In this document: piece after piece, positions 1 through 9,804 of the stretch | Layout: each line of letters begins with the position of its first letter | Numbering within the stretch: the first letter of the stretch is position 1 | Origin: Kiritimatiellia bacterium | GTDB lineage: Bacteria; Verrucomicrobiota; Kiritimatiellia; RFP12; UBA1067 | Assembly (NCBI GenBank): GCA_016296065.1 | Contig: JAEDKA010000003.1 | Span: forward strand, 5,093 to 69,092 | DNA: 64,000 bases | Reading direction: 5' to 3' | The notes under the pieces: model-generated | What the model saw: only the letters and a program-made list of their open reading frames with translations | Databases searched by the model: none | What the model was told of the DNA's origin: nothing | Made by a program: the position numbers and the translations under genes

Positions 1-1
1 C

Positions 2-1465
2 GGTGATCCGTATAACGCCAGGGAGCTTGTGAGCGCCCGAGACGCGCCTGCCCTTCACCCATGTCACGGGATCGCCGCGCATCCACTTCGTGCGCGTCTT
101 CGTGAGCGTTCCCCATCCGCAGTATTCGTAGTACCAGTTCGGACCAAAGCCCCACGTCTCGCAGCCGTTGTTCGCAAGCGTGTCCTCCACGGACTTCCTG
201 AGCCACTTGCATTTTTCTTCAGGCACTCCCTTCACGATCGAGTAGTGCATCAGAGCGGCCGTGCGCGGGGCTCCAGGGCCGCCCTGAGCGCCGCGGCCGT
301 GCGGGGACGGCTTGAGCGCCGTCCAGCGGGCGGAGCGGGTATAGGCCTTGTAGAAGAGTCCGTTCTCGAAAGTCGCCTCGTCTTCCTTGTCCGTATACCC
401 GGTCGGCATCCAGTCGCTGAGGTTGTAGCGAAGGTTCCACTCGAGCCCGAGCAGGATGCGGTTGTCGAGCGCGCCGTAGAGGTCGTCGCCCTGGTTCCAG
501 AACATCTCTGCGATGCCAACGTAGTTGAAGAGTCCGTAGTTCGTGTGCGCCATGTCTCGGCACGTCTCCTCGCACTGTCCGTTCTTGTAGATGTAGTACT
601 TCAGCAGCTCGTCGAACCCCCAGTCCTCCTCGTTGCCGCGACTGAAGCGTCCCGTGCGCGAGTGGCAGTAGTCGCCCCACTCCGAGTTGTGCCCCCACGT
701 CTCGCTCGGCCACCACGGAAGCTTCAGGGGCCCCGTCGGATACGGCTCGTCGTCCGGGCGGTGCCTGAGCCCCATGAGATAGTTCCACACGCGGTCGTAC
801 TTCTTCGTGTCGTCGAGGAAGATCGCCATCGCGAGGAGTCCCTTGAATCCGCTAAGCCCCTGGTTGCCCCAGCGCGCGGAGTCGCCGTTCTTTATCGCCT
901 GGTAGAACACGTCGTTGAGGACCTTGCGGAACTTCGCCTTGTCCGCCTCGGCCCAGCCTGGGTAGTCGCGGATGAGCTCCGCCGCCTCGACGAGGAGGAA
1001 TATCTTGCCGTTGTCGAGCGCGGGGGTTCCAGTCTTCCACGGGTCCTTGTAGAGGACGGACGCATTGATGAGATCGCGGGCCCGCTGCGCGTAGCCTTCG
1101 TCACCCGTGAGGCGCCACATGAGCGCCTGGTCGTGCGCGAAGCGTCCGTCGAAGCCAATCGTGTTGTTGAATCCGCGAAGGTCCTCTCCGCGCCACGGCG
1201 CCTTCACGCCGTGCCCGGCCCAGCGCGAGCCGGCAAGCGCGTCGAAGCAGCGCTTCCACGGCTGCACCCCGGCGTCGACCATCGCCTTCATGCGGTCGAG
1301 GTCTCCCTGCGTGTAGCTGATGCCCGGGTGGACGAACACCTTGCCGTCCGAGTTCCGCGGCGCGCGCGGATCAACCGGTTTCGCGGCCCCACGAACGCCG
1401 CTCGCGCCTGACGACAGGAGAGCGATGCAGATTATGGCCTGTACTAAATACGTTCTCATGATCAT
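2..1465 (-). CDS. polysaccharide lyase-like protein (alginate lyase / heparinase II-III type); 3' end cut by window edge
   Basis: Absent from the ORF track because it has no stop inside the window. My minus-strand translation from ATG 1465 (MIMRTYLVQAIICIALLSSGASG..., then HPGISYTQGDLDRMKAMVDAGVQPWK) stays open to position 2. It is paralogous to CDS 8047..9741. The + ORF 29..1411 is its antisense shadow. Confidence 0.8.
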   Translation of the reverse strand, partial: MIMRTYLVQAIICIALLSSGASGVRGAAKPVDPRAPRNSDGKVFVHPGISYTQGDLDRMKAMVDAGVQPWKRCFDALAGSRWAGHGVKAPWRGEDLRGFNNTIGFDGRFAHDQALMWRLTGDEGYAQRARDLINASVLYKDPWKTGTPALDNGKIFLLVEAAELIRDYPGWAEADKAKFRKVLNDVFYQAIKNGDSARWGNQGLSGFKGLLAMAIFLDDTKKYDRVWNYLMGLRHRPDDEPYPTGPLKLPWWPSETWGHNSEWGDYCHSRTGRFSRGNEEDWGFDELLKYYIYKNGQCEETCRDMAHTNYGLFNYVGIAEMFWNQGDDLYGALDNRILLGLEWNLRYNLSDWMPTGYTDKEDEATFENGLFYKAYTRSARWTALKPSPHGRGAQGGPGAPRTAALMHYSIVKGVPEEKCKWLRKSVEDTLANNGCETWGFGPNWYYEYCGWGTLTKTRTKWMRGDPVTWVKGRRVSGAHKLPGVIRIT

Positions 1466-1483
1466 CTACGACATTTCGCTGTT

Positions 1484-4400
1484 TCATCGCATGCGTACGC
1501 CGAAGCCGGGAAGTCGTCCTGTGTCCCCGCAGAAATCGCCGACCTCTCCGCATCCCGCGAACGCAAACGACGATGCTCGTCCGGAAACGGCAAAGCGCGT
1601 CGCGCCCTCTGCGTCGGACAGTGCCGCCCACCTGTCGCCAACCTTGACCGACCACGACACGGCAGGCGTGCCGCCTCTCGCGTCCAAAGTGACGCGCAGG
1701 CGATATACCGCGCCCGCCGCAGGCATGACAGACTCGTTCGAGACCTCGTGCCATCTGCCGCCGTCGTGGAGGAAGAACGCCGGCTCGCCTTTGTCGTTGC
1801 GCGCGAGCGTAAATGCCCCGACTGCGCCTTGCGCAGCCGTGGCCACGTCGCTGATGACGTCGTCAAAGCAAACCGCCATCTCGGCGACGGAGACGCGTCT
1901 CTCCTTCTGCTGGTCGTCGGGGGTGAACCTGAGCCTGTCCCCTGCAGCTCCGTCTCCTCTGACTTCTATGTATCTCACGCCAAGGCGGCTTTCCACCGTC
2001 CCCTTCGCGCCACCGCTCGCGGACCATGTGCCGCGCTGGGCGCTATCCACTATCGACGTGACGTCCGTCCCGCGATCCTGGTTCGCCACCGATGCATCGA
2101 ACCAGCTGCCCTTCAGTTCCCTCGCCGCGACAAGAGGCACGGCATCATGCCATCCGGCTTCTGCCGGAACCAGGCATACTGCTCCGCCGTCCACGAAGTC
2201 GAAGTTGCCGACGACGACACGATCGCCAAGGTCCGTGATGTTCGCCGCTATCCACGCCTTGCGGTCCCTCACGAGCGTTATCGTATCTCCGGCGTCGACG
2301 ACTGTGCCGGCAGGAAGAACGCCGGCGATGCCGCCGGACAGCGTCCAGCCGCTCATGTCAACGGCCTCGGTGTTTGCGTTTAGCACGACAAGTTCGTCCT
2401 CCGTCCTGGCCGCAAGCGAGAGATTCGCGCAAAGAACCGATGCAGGCATCTGCGCATCGGGTATTCCGGCCGAGAGGTTCTGCGCATAGCCGATTCCCTT
2501 CGCCGCGTTGTGGATCGAATGAGTCACGTAGAGATGGCGACGACGGGGAACGAAATAGTTCACCCACAGGTCCTCCACTCCCTGTTCATGCGTGATCTTC
2601 CCGGTCCAGCAGAACGTTCCTGTCTTTGTCCAGAAAGTGCCCGGCCCCGCCGGATTGCTCTCGTGCGCCCGCCACTTCTCGTAGTCGAGGGCTGCGCACT
2701 CGTATGTTGCGTTCGTCACGGCGACAACGTACTGCCATGCCTTCGTCTCCTCCCTGGGCGTGCCCGGCGCGCCAAGCCATTCGTCCATGAGCGAGCGCAG
2801 GCGGCGCAGGTAGATGCGGCGGAACTTCGTGGACTGCAAAATCGCCTCAAACGCATAGTTGGGACGATCCTCCGCGCTTCCGTCGGACTTGTGGCTGAGT
2901 ATCCGCATCCCGCCGAAGAACGGATGCGCCTTGTGGCTGTCGATCTCTGCATACGGATTTGCCATAACGGTGCCAGGCGTTATCTTCGTGCCGTTCCACT
3001 GTCCGTAGTATATGTGGCCCCAGCTCTGGTTCATGTCGTAGGCAAGCGGCTTCCACGTGCCGGTGCCGTTAAGGTCTCCGTAGGTCGAGAGGTTCGCCCA
3101 GGTGTCGTCGCACTCCATCGTGATGCGCGTGGCGGCCATGTAGTTTATCCACGCCGGAAGGTCGAAGCTCTCCACCACGGCGCGACATACCACGGGCTGG
3201 TCGTCCACGCCGTTTGCAAGGGTTGAGCCGAAGCCGGAGGTCCACGCCACGAGCGGCGCATACGCCTTGGCCGTCGTCTCCTCGCCGTCGTCCGGCGTCT
3301 TCTTCTCGCATGTCACCGTGCTTCCAGCGAGCCTGTCGCCGCTGCGGGTCGGCGCAAGCGTTCCCGAGTTCTTGTAACCGTAGCCGTACTCGTCGAATCC
3401 GTACCAGTCCTCGATCATCTCGTCCGAGAACCGGTTGGAGTGGAATGCGAGCTGGTAGAACCCGCCGTTCAGGTTGACGCGCACAGGGTAGTGGAACGGA
3501 GCGTATCCGCCGGATTTGCGGATCAGGTGGAACGCTAGCGACTGCCGTACGTATGCAGGATCGCAGTATTCCGCGACAAGGCTTGTCTTGCGCGTCTCGA
3601 TGGAAGCCCCTTCAAGGTCGTTGACGCACTTCATGGGCTGGCACTTCGAGAAGCGGAGGCCGTGCGACTTCTTGCGGAAGCCGCCGGACGTATTGCCGCG
3701 GAGGTCGATGCGGACATTGTCGTAGTAGACGCCCGTCTGCGAATCGTAGATCGAGCAGCGCGCGTTGTAGGGGACAAGGGACAGATTCTGCTTGTCCGCG
3801 TCGACGTCCATCTGGGCGAGGTTGCTCTCGCCATCGACGAACATGTGCCACGTCTGGAGCTTCGCGTCATCAAGTGCCCCTGGTTCGGTAATCGTGCCGT
3901 ACCACGCATAGCCGTCATCGGGATTTCGGAAGCTTGGTGACGTCCAGACGTTACCGTCGCCGTCCGTAATCCTTGCGCGCCAGCGGATCAGGCGTCCAGG
4001 CCCGGACGGAATCGCCTCCGCCGGAATCGCCGCAGTCCACACGTCGCCATTCGCCTTGTCGCGCGCTCCCTTCGCCATTGGAACGCCGTTCGTCGACCCG
4101 AAGTCGCAGCAGTACTCAAGAGACACGGATGCAATGGCGTCTCCGGACATTGCCGAACCTGAAAACGGATTCACCGCAAGTGAGACCGAATATGGAGCGC
4201 CGCTTGTGGCCATCGCGGTCGAGGCGAGGTCGGAAAAATCGTGCTTAACGCCGTAGAGCGGACCGACGTTGGGTCCGTACGGAACCGACTCGCCGCCAAA
4301 GACAATGTTCCAGGCATATCGCGTATCTACCGACCAGTCGCGCTCGAACGTCGCGCCGTCTTTTATGTCCACTGGAATCGCCACTGCGTCGACGAGATTC

Positions 4401-4816
4401 GTGAACTCGCTTGTCTTGTGGTAGAGCGCGAGAAACGGGAACTTCTTGGGATTGACCTTGCTGGGATAGACCACGCGTCCATCGAAGACCTCGACGTTGC
4501 CGGAACCGCCGAGGTCCTTGCAGTTCGGATACTCCTCGCTCGTCCATACGCGCAATGTCTCGCCAGGCGCAAGGGAGAGCTTCGCAAGATTCTTCTTCTT
4601 TGCGCCTGGCTCGAGCTTCTTTCCGCGGTTGACGCGAATAAGCTCGTACTCGCCGATATCCGCCGCCAAATCGCCGTTGTTGACGAGCTCAACCCAGCCG
4701 TATTCCCTGCCGAGGTCGTCGCGCTCTCCGGGACGCGGACAGACCGCATTGATCCTCACATCGGCAAATGCCGACGCCGTCGCGAGGCCAATCAAGGCGA
4801 TCAATCGCAGCTTCAT
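1484..4816 (-). CDS. secreted CotH kinase-family protein with lamin-tail (LTD)-like domains
   Basis: 1110-aa ORF with signal peptide MKLRLIALIGLATASAFA. LTD-like VRINAV...GWVELVNNG. CotH-like core YDNVRIDLRGNTSGGFRKKSHGLRF and VAEYCDPAYVRQSLAF. A second LTD-like segment is LVVLNANTEAVDMSGWTLSG. Confidence 0.7.
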   Translation of the reverse strand: MKLRLIALIGLATASAFADVRINAVCPRPGERDDLGREYGWVELVNNGDLAADIGEYELIRVNRGKKLEPGAKKKNLAKLSLAPGETLRVWTSEEYPNCKDLGGSGNVEVFDGRVVYPSKVNPKKFPFLALYHKTSEFTNLVDAVAIPVDIKDGATFERDWSVDTRYAWNIVFGGESVPYGPNVGPLYGVKHDFSDLASTAMATSGAPYSVSLAVNPFSGSAMSGDAIASVSLEYCCDFGSTNGVPMAKGARDKANGDVWTAAIPAEAIPSGPGRLIRWRARITDGDGNVWTSPSFRNPDDGYAWYGTITEPGALDDAKLQTWHMFVDGESNLAQMDVDADKQNLSLVPYNARCSIYDSQTGVYYDNVRIDLRGNTSGGFRKKSHGLRFSKCQPMKCVNDLEGASIETRKTSLVAEYCDPAYVRQSLAFHLIRKSGGYAPFHYPVRVNLNGGFYQLAFHSNRFSDEMIEDWYGFDEYGYGYKNSGTLAPTRSGDRLAGSTVTCEKKTPDDGEETTAKAYAPLVAWTSGFGSTLANGVDDQPVVCRAVVESFDLPAWINYMAATRITMECDDTWANLSTYGDLNGTGTWKPLAYDMNQSWGHIYYGQWNGTKITPGTVMANPYAEIDSHKAHPFFGGMRILSHKSDGSAEDRPNYAFEAILQSTKFRRIYLRRLRSLMDEWLGAPGTPREETKAWQYVVAVTNATYECAALDYEKWRAHESNPAGPGTFWTKTGTFCWTGKITHEQGVEDLWVNYFVPRRRHLYVTHSIHNAAKGIGYAQNLSAGIPDAQMPASVLCANLSLAARTEDELVVLNANTEAVDMSGWTLSGGIAGVLPAGTVVDAGDTITLVRDRKAWIAANITDLGDRVVVGNFDFVDGGAVCLVPAEAGWHDAVPLVAARELKGSWFDASVANQDRGTDVTSIVDSAQRGTWSASGGAKGTVESRLGVRYIEVRGDGAAGDRLRFTPDDQQKERRVSVAEMAVCFDDVISDVATAAQGAVGAFTLARNDKGEPAFFLHDGGRWHEVSNESVMPAAGAVYRLRVTLDARGGTPAVSWSVKVGDRWAALSDAEGATRFAVSGRASSFAFAGCGEVGDFCGDTGRLPGFGVRMR

Positions 4817-4817
4817 G

Positions 4818-7800
4818 TCAATTGATTATGATGACAAAGCCCTTTGGACGGAACGAAGCAACGAGCTGATACGTCGGGCTTCCCTCTTCCGTCTCGGCGG
4901 GTATCTCCCTCACCACCAGCTTCCACTTGCCGCGCTCGTTGTCGGCATTTTCCAATATCGGCAGCGGGCCTGAAATCGGCTCCGTAGTCGTGAGTCCGAC
5001 ATACGTCTCAGACGTGTCCGTCAGCGCATCCTCTGCGGTGAACTTGAACTTCGCACCTGCGGAGAAGGTTACGCTACGCACCTTGGTTGTCGCACAGCCG
5101 CCCAGAGTCGAGCTTGAGCTTACCGATATGGCTGGCGAGCCGTTTATCGTGCAATCGTTGTTGAGAAGCAATGCGCCACCATCAACAGTTATGGTAGACG
5201 AGATAATGTTAACCCCTTTGTCGGCTATTATGGTTCCGCCCTTGATGGGAGCATAAAACTCAAATCTGCCATCGCTGGTCAATTGCATCGTTCCCGTAAA
5301 CCCGGTGAAGTCAGTATAGAACCTGACACGGCGACCTCCATCCCAACGAGAATTGAAAAGGAGATAACCAGCGCCCGTGAAAGTCCCCCTGAAGTCCAAA
5401 TTCATCGAATTGCCGCCACGGCATTCGCGATTGTCCCATTCGTTGTCAGTGCCTTCGACTACTTCGACATTCCAAACCGTTTCATTGTTGGATCCGCCTT
5501 TTATTCCGAATCTCTCAATCACTCCTCCCGCCATCTTCAGATGTGACGAGGCGCCAAGCGTTGTTGTGCCGTCATACCAAGGCTGAATGGAAAGACGGGC
5601 ATTGTTGGTCAAAACGACGTTTCCCGCAAAACCCGCCAGCTGGGTTGTGTCGTTCAATATCAACTTGCATGCATCAATCACCAGCTCGCCCGTGCCGTCA
5701 ATCTTGTAGGACGGCGTCCAGTCCTTTCCTCGGACAATCTTTCCGTTGACGGTGCTGTCCATGTGGAGTGAAGTGAGCAGATTGACCGTCCCCTCAGCAA
5801 ACAGCGCCTTGCTGACATCGACATCGCCCTCAAGCGTACGTTCGAGCGCGACGTCCAGATTCAGCGGGCCTTCCGCGTCGCCTGCAAAGCCGACCGTGCC
5901 CTTGACGCAAAGTTCGGCAGGAGCGAACGTGCCGTGGCCCTTGATGAGCGCGTATGAGTTCTCGCCCGTAACTTCGACGTCGACGCCAAGCGGCGCGACT
6001 TCGGAATTGACGAGGACCGTCTGGACGGTATTGTCCTCGGTAAGAACGAGCGCAGCGCGATCCTTTTCTGTGAACGCCCTGACCGTTCCGCTCGTCTCGC
6101 CCTTCCACGTGTCGGCGGCGGTCCACTCTCCGCCGTCGGTGTTAATGACCAATCTTTCAAGACCAGACACAGTAACCTTGAGAACATTGTTGTCAACCGT
6201 GTAAGCGAGAGTCGCGACACCCGGCAGGCCGACAATGTCAACGTTGTCGGACGTAATGGTCGTGTCGACAAGTCCGCCGGAAAGCGTGACAAGATCATAG
6301 CTGCCGTTCGCGCTTATTCCACCTGAGACATCGACAACGAGCGTTCCACCCACGTCGATCTTTAGCGGCTTCTCCACCGTGCCGCCCATAGCGACGACCA
6401 TGGCGCCGTTGGGGGCGATCTCGAAGGAATCAATCTGATCGAAAGTGGACGAAGCGAAGGAAATCACGCCGGTGCGGTCAGCGCCGGTGAACACAGCCTT
6501 TATCGGCTGCTCCTCTGCGGCAGGCGTCAGATTCGCAGAAAACGCAGCGGAATGTCCGCCGGACGCAAGTCCGATGCCGTTCGCGCCGACAGTCATAGGC
6601 ACACCCGAGAGCCATGCTGCCTTGTCCGTCACAGGCGCGAAGGAGCCGCCGTTGACGGTCAGGGTCTGCGTCACACCTTCCCTGGTAGACATCGTGATGG
6701 TGTCGGTATGGAATGTTCCGCCGTTAAGCTGCATGGTAGCAGACGTTCCCGTGTCGTTGTTGAAGCAGAGATCCTGCCCAGCTGGAACATATATGTCGCC
6801 GCCAGTCATGTTCAGCGCGCCCGAGCCGCGCCATGCGATGTGAAACCTCTTGCCGCAGTTCACCGTTCCGCCCTGCATGTTGAAAGTACCAACAGCGTTT
6901 GCGTTGCCGCCGACAACGATATCCTGGTCGTTGTCCGTTTCAAGCGTACCGCCGGTCATAGTGAATGTCGCCGTGCTGCCGCTGCTTGTGTGGTTGTAGT
7001 GCGAACCAATCCAGAACTTCTTTGGGGTGAAGGTGCCGCCCGAAAGAGTCATATCTGCGGTCGAGCCGGTGCCACTCGCAAGGACGAATTCGTTGTCCGT
7101 GTCAAACTCGCCATTGCTCATTGTAATCGTTGCGGAGGAGTTGGAGCCGACGGCTGCACGCGAAAAACCAACGACTTTAATCGATCCACCCGAGATATCC
7201 ATCGTAGTTGTCGCAGCGCCGCTTTTGCCTTCGGCGAGCATGAGCTGTCCGCCGACTCTGAACGAGCCGCCGCTGATGTTCATTTCGGAAGTTCCCTGGT
7301 TCTCGCTGCACGTCGCGTTCGCCGCCGTGTCGACGGATCCGCTCATCAAGTTGAACACGCCTTTGCACCCTGAATGATTGCCCTGGCCAACGATAAACGT
7401 ATCGCTGTTCTGCCTGTATGTACCGCCGTTGACCGTCATTGTCGCAGTGCGGCTATACCCACCGTAGCCGATGCATGTATAGGACTGGTTCGTGAATACG
7501 CCGCCATTCAGCGTGAAATAAGAATCTGCGGCGCCATTGCCGATCCAAAGTTCGCTAGGGAAATAATACACGCCGCCCTCGATCGTCAGGCCGCCGTGTT
7601 TGCCGGTGCCGACATTGATAGCCCGCCCCCATTTACTTTGTGTAAACGATGTGGTCAGACCGGCGCCTTCCTCAGCCCCTTCCGCGACTTTCCATACAAT
7701 ATCTGGCTTGGACTCGTTCTCTATCCAAACTCCGCCTCCAACAGATACCAGCGTCGAGAACGTGACAACGATCGGACCGGAAGACGGAAGCCTTGCGACC

Positions 7801-7970
7801 TGATTGCCTCCGAAGACGTAGTTGCCGCCGCTCGAATACCAGTTGCCGGAATCGGTCCAGTCGGTGGTTTCGCCGCCGCCGGTCCAGAATGTGTCGGCAT
7901 TCGCAGCAAGCGACAAAGCGCATGCGGCGGTTGCAAGAACTGTTGAAATCGACTTGTTTTCTGATGACAT
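4818..7970 (-). CDS. large secreted beta-helix / autotransporter-type beta-strand repeat protein
   Basis: Long ORF, start trimmed to ATG 7970 (MSSENKSISTVLATAACALSLAANA, a signal peptide). It has many degenerate repeats of the type (I/M/L)xGG(T/S)(F/V/L). The stop abuts the CotH start (4816/4818), so the two are likely co-transcribed. Confidence 0.65.
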   Translation of the reverse strand: MSSENKSISTVLATAACALSLAANADTFWTGGGETTDWTDSGNWYSSGGNYVFGGNQVARLPSSGPIVVTFSTLVSVGGGVWIENESKPDIVWKVAEGAEEGAGLTTSFTQSKWGRAINVGTGKHGGLTIEGGVYYFPSELWIGNGAADSYFTLNGGVFTNQSYTCIGYGGYSRTATMTVNGGTYRQNSDTFIVGQGNHSGCKGVFNLMSGSVDTAANATCSENQGTSEMNISGGSFRVGGQLMLAEGKSGAATTTMDISGGSIKVVGFSRAAVGSNSSATITMSNGEFDTDNEFVLASGTGSTADMTLSGGTFTPKKFWIGSHYNHTSSGSTATFTMTGGTLETDNDQDIVVGGNANAVGTFNMQGGTVNCGKRFHIAWRGSGALNMTGGDIYVPAGQDLCFNNDTGTSATMQLNGGTFHTDTITMSTREGVTQTLTVNGGSFAPVTDKAAWLSGVPMTVGANGIGLASGGHSAAFSANLTPAAEEQPIKAVFTGADRTGVISFASSTFDQIDSFEIAPNGAMVVAMGGTVEKPLKIDVGGTLVVDVSGGISANGSYDLVTLSGGLVDTTITSDNVDIVGLPGVATLAYTVDNNVLKVTVSGLERLVINTDGGEWTAADTWKGETSGTVRAFTEKDRAALVLTEDNTVQTVLVNSEVAPLGVDVEVTGENSYALIKGHGTFAPAELCVKGTVGFAGDAEGPLNLDVALERTLEGDVDVSKALFAEGTVNLLTSLHMDSTVNGKIVRGKDWTPSYKIDGTGELVIDACKLILNDTTQLAGFAGNVVLTNNARLSIQPWYDGTTTLGASSHLKMAGGVIERFGIKGGSNNETVWNVEVVEGTDNEWDNRECRGGNSMNLDFRGTFTGAGYLLFNSRWDGGRRVRFYTDFTGFTGTMQLTSDGRFEFYAPIKGGTIIADKGVNIISSTITVDGGALLLNNDCTINGSPAISVSSSSTLGGCATTKVRSVTFSAGAKFKFTAEDALTDTSETYVGLTTTEPISGPLPILENADNERGKWKLVVREIPAETEEGSPTYQLVASFRPKGFVIIIN

Positions 7971-7999
7971 AACAAGACCTTTCACTGATGTTTGTCTAT

Positions 8000-8044
8000 A
8001 TTCTATCAAAACAGCCCGTCCCTATTCCTCCCACTTTCGGGGGG
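8000..8044 (-). promoter_or_regulatory. promoter with CCGAAAGTGGGAG box 23 nt upstream of the -10 TAGAAT
   Basis: Minus strand reads CCCCCCGAAAGTGGGAG-N22-TGATAGAAT. The -10 is at 8000-8005 and the box core (plus-strand tcccac) at 8029-8034. Confidence 0.55.
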
Positions 8045-8046
8045 CA

Positions 8047-9741
8047 CTATTTCGGCACCTTCAACCATTCGAGGTCGAGGCGCTTGCCCTTGGTGCGGAA
8101 CTCGAGCTTGACCAGGTTGCGGTTAGGCGGAGCGGACAGCGTGAAGGTGTGTTCCTTCCACTCCCTGCCCGTAGGCGGGAGCTTCACCTTCTCGACGTAT
8201 ATCCGCTTCTCGCACGTCTCGGGATCGGCGAACTCGGTGTTGTAGTCTTCCGGATTAATGACAGCCATGCCGCTCAATCCATCGCAGCGGTAGCGGATAG
8301 TGTACTCACCCGCCTTTGGCAGTGGTTTGCGGAACGGAAGGAACATAGGGAAGATGAAATCCTTCGCCGCCGAGGAGATGTACTGAGCGCCGGTGGACTT
8401 GTCTTTCTCCATGGAAAGTCCCGCGATCTTCGGCTGGATGAATTCGGCAAACCGGTTCACACCGTCTTTCCCCGGGTCATGGCGTTCGAGCGTACACCTG
8501 CCTGAGGCCTTCTGCGGAAGCCAGAGAAACGCGTGCGAATAGTCAAGGCCCCTTATGTCCAGGGCGTAGCCGATGTACCGCGTCTCCTCCGACTTCGAGA
8601 GGTCCCAGCCCCGGCCCCACTTGTAGTGCATGTAGACAATGTCGACCTCGCTGGAGAGCCTTCCGCGTCCGCCGCCCCAATTCGCCGGGCGCCTCCAGTA
8701 GTCGCCCTTCTCGCGGTTTATCGCGATGGGCGTCCACTCTATGTCAAAGCCCAGGTTGTACTTGCATATCTGGTTGACGCCGCGCAGGTACTGGTGCTTC
8801 AGGAATTCGATTGGGTCGACTGCGTCCTTCTTCGCGGACACTTCGCCTGTCACAGGATTGACCAGTGTATTCTGGGACCACAGAATCGTCAGGTTTTCGC
8901 CGAGCTGGCCTGCGCCCGGGAAGGGATGCCCGATGTCGCGCCCCATCTCGGAATACTGGACGTGCGGCTTCACCTGCGCACCGGTCAGCTCATTCGTCGT
9001 CACGAGGCGGCACATCTCGCGAATTGAGCCATTGCGCTCGCCGACCGGCCCTTGCTTGTTCGCAGTAAGGATCTCGACCATCTCGCAGTATGCATCCCAG
9101 TCGTCCTCCCAGATGGCGCGCGCCAGCGGTCCGCCGAGCGTGAACTGCAGCTGGTTCAGGAGTGTTGAGCGCCCCCACCAGAAGCCTCGCCCTATCGCGA
9201 TGAAGCGGTTGACTCCGTCCGTATCCTCCTTGGTCCAGGCGAGCGGTCCCGTCTTCGGCCCCGTGTAGCGCAGAAGCTCCGCCGCGCGCAGGTACCATCC
9301 CTCGGCGTTCGGCCAGCGGAACTGCGAGTCCCAGTGTGGACGCCCTCCCGTGATGTGGGTGTAGAACCAGCGGACGTAGTCCAGCGCGCGTTCACGGTAT
9401 TCCGCCTCGCCGGTGATTTCATACATGATGGCCTGGTAGTAGGCCGTCTGCGAATCCCATGCGCAGCGGTTGTCGAAGTCCGGACTGTCGATCTGCGTGA
9501 TTCCCTCGCCACGGCGCGCGAAGATTCGCGGCTTCCTCGAGAAGCGGTGGTCGTGCTTTGTGAGCGCGTCGTAGAGGGTCTTCCACGGCTCGACCCCGCC
9601 CTGCACGTTTGCCTTCAGCTGGTCGAGCTGCTCGCGGTTCAGCCCGATGCCAGGATGCCGAAAACGTCCTTGCGCAGCCGTCGCGTCAAAAGCGCAAAGG
9701 CCCGCGAAAAACACAATCGACACAAGGAATTTAGTTTTCAT
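8047..9741 (-). CDS. polysaccharide lyase-like protein (alginate lyase-type N-terminal region) with C-terminal beta-sandwich/CBM-like domain
   Basis: 564-aa ORF with a signal peptide. HPGIGLNREQLDQLKANVQGGVEPWK motif is shared with CDS 2..1465 and the stub at 13023..13265. Confidence 0.6.
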   Translation of the reverse strand: MKTKFLVSIVFFAGLCAFDATAAQGRFRHPGIGLNREQLDQLKANVQGGVEPWKTLYDALTKHDHRFSRKPRIFARRGEGITQIDSPDFDNRCAWDSQTAYYQAIMYEITGEAEYRERALDYVRWFYTHITGGRPHWDSQFRWPNAEGWYLRAAELLRYTGPKTGPLAWTKEDTDGVNRFIAIGRGFWWGRSTLLNQLQFTLGGPLARAIWEDDWDAYCEMVEILTANKQGPVGERNGSIREMCRLVTTNELTGAQVKPHVQYSEMGRDIGHPFPGAGQLGENLTILWSQNTLVNPVTGEVSAKKDAVDPIEFLKHQYLRGVNQICKYNLGFDIEWTPIAINREKGDYWRRPANWGGGRGRLSSEVDIVYMHYKWGRGWDLSKSEETRYIGYALDIRGLDYSHAFLWLPQKASGRCTLERHDPGKDGVNRFAEFIQPKIAGLSMEKDKSTGAQYISSAAKDFIFPMFLPFRKPLPKAGEYTIRYRCDGLSGMAVINPEDYNTEFADPETCEKRIYVEKVKLPPTGREWKEHTFTLSAPPNRNLVKLEFRTKGKRLDLEWLKVPK

Positions 9742-9747
9742 GACGGT

Positions 9748-9796
9748 ATAATAGCAGAAAACACCCCCTCACAACATCCCACTTTCGGGTGGGAAT
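9748..9796 (-). promoter_or_regulatory. leaderless promoter with TCCCAC-N6-GTGGGA box
   Basis: Minus strand reads ATTCCCACCCGAAAGTGGGAT-N22-TGCTATTAT-ACCGTC-ATG. Box-to-(-10) spacing is 23 nt, and the -10 lies 6 nt from the ATG at 9741. Confidence 0.6.
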
Positions 9797-9804
9797 CCTT
9801 GTGT

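Noticed and set aside
29-1411. 460-aa plus-strand ORF at the left edge
   Set aside because: Its Arg/Ala/Val-rich composition is typical of an antisense frame in GC-rich DNA. The minus strand carries a convincing signal-peptide lyase paralog, open from 1465 to the edge.
9776-9796. Reading the TCCCAC-N6-GTGGGA boxes as terminators of the upstream genes
   Set aside because: The stem is only 5-6 bp. It is absent or weaker in three of the five copies and has no proper U tract. The strict 23-nt phasing to the -10 fits a promoter element better.
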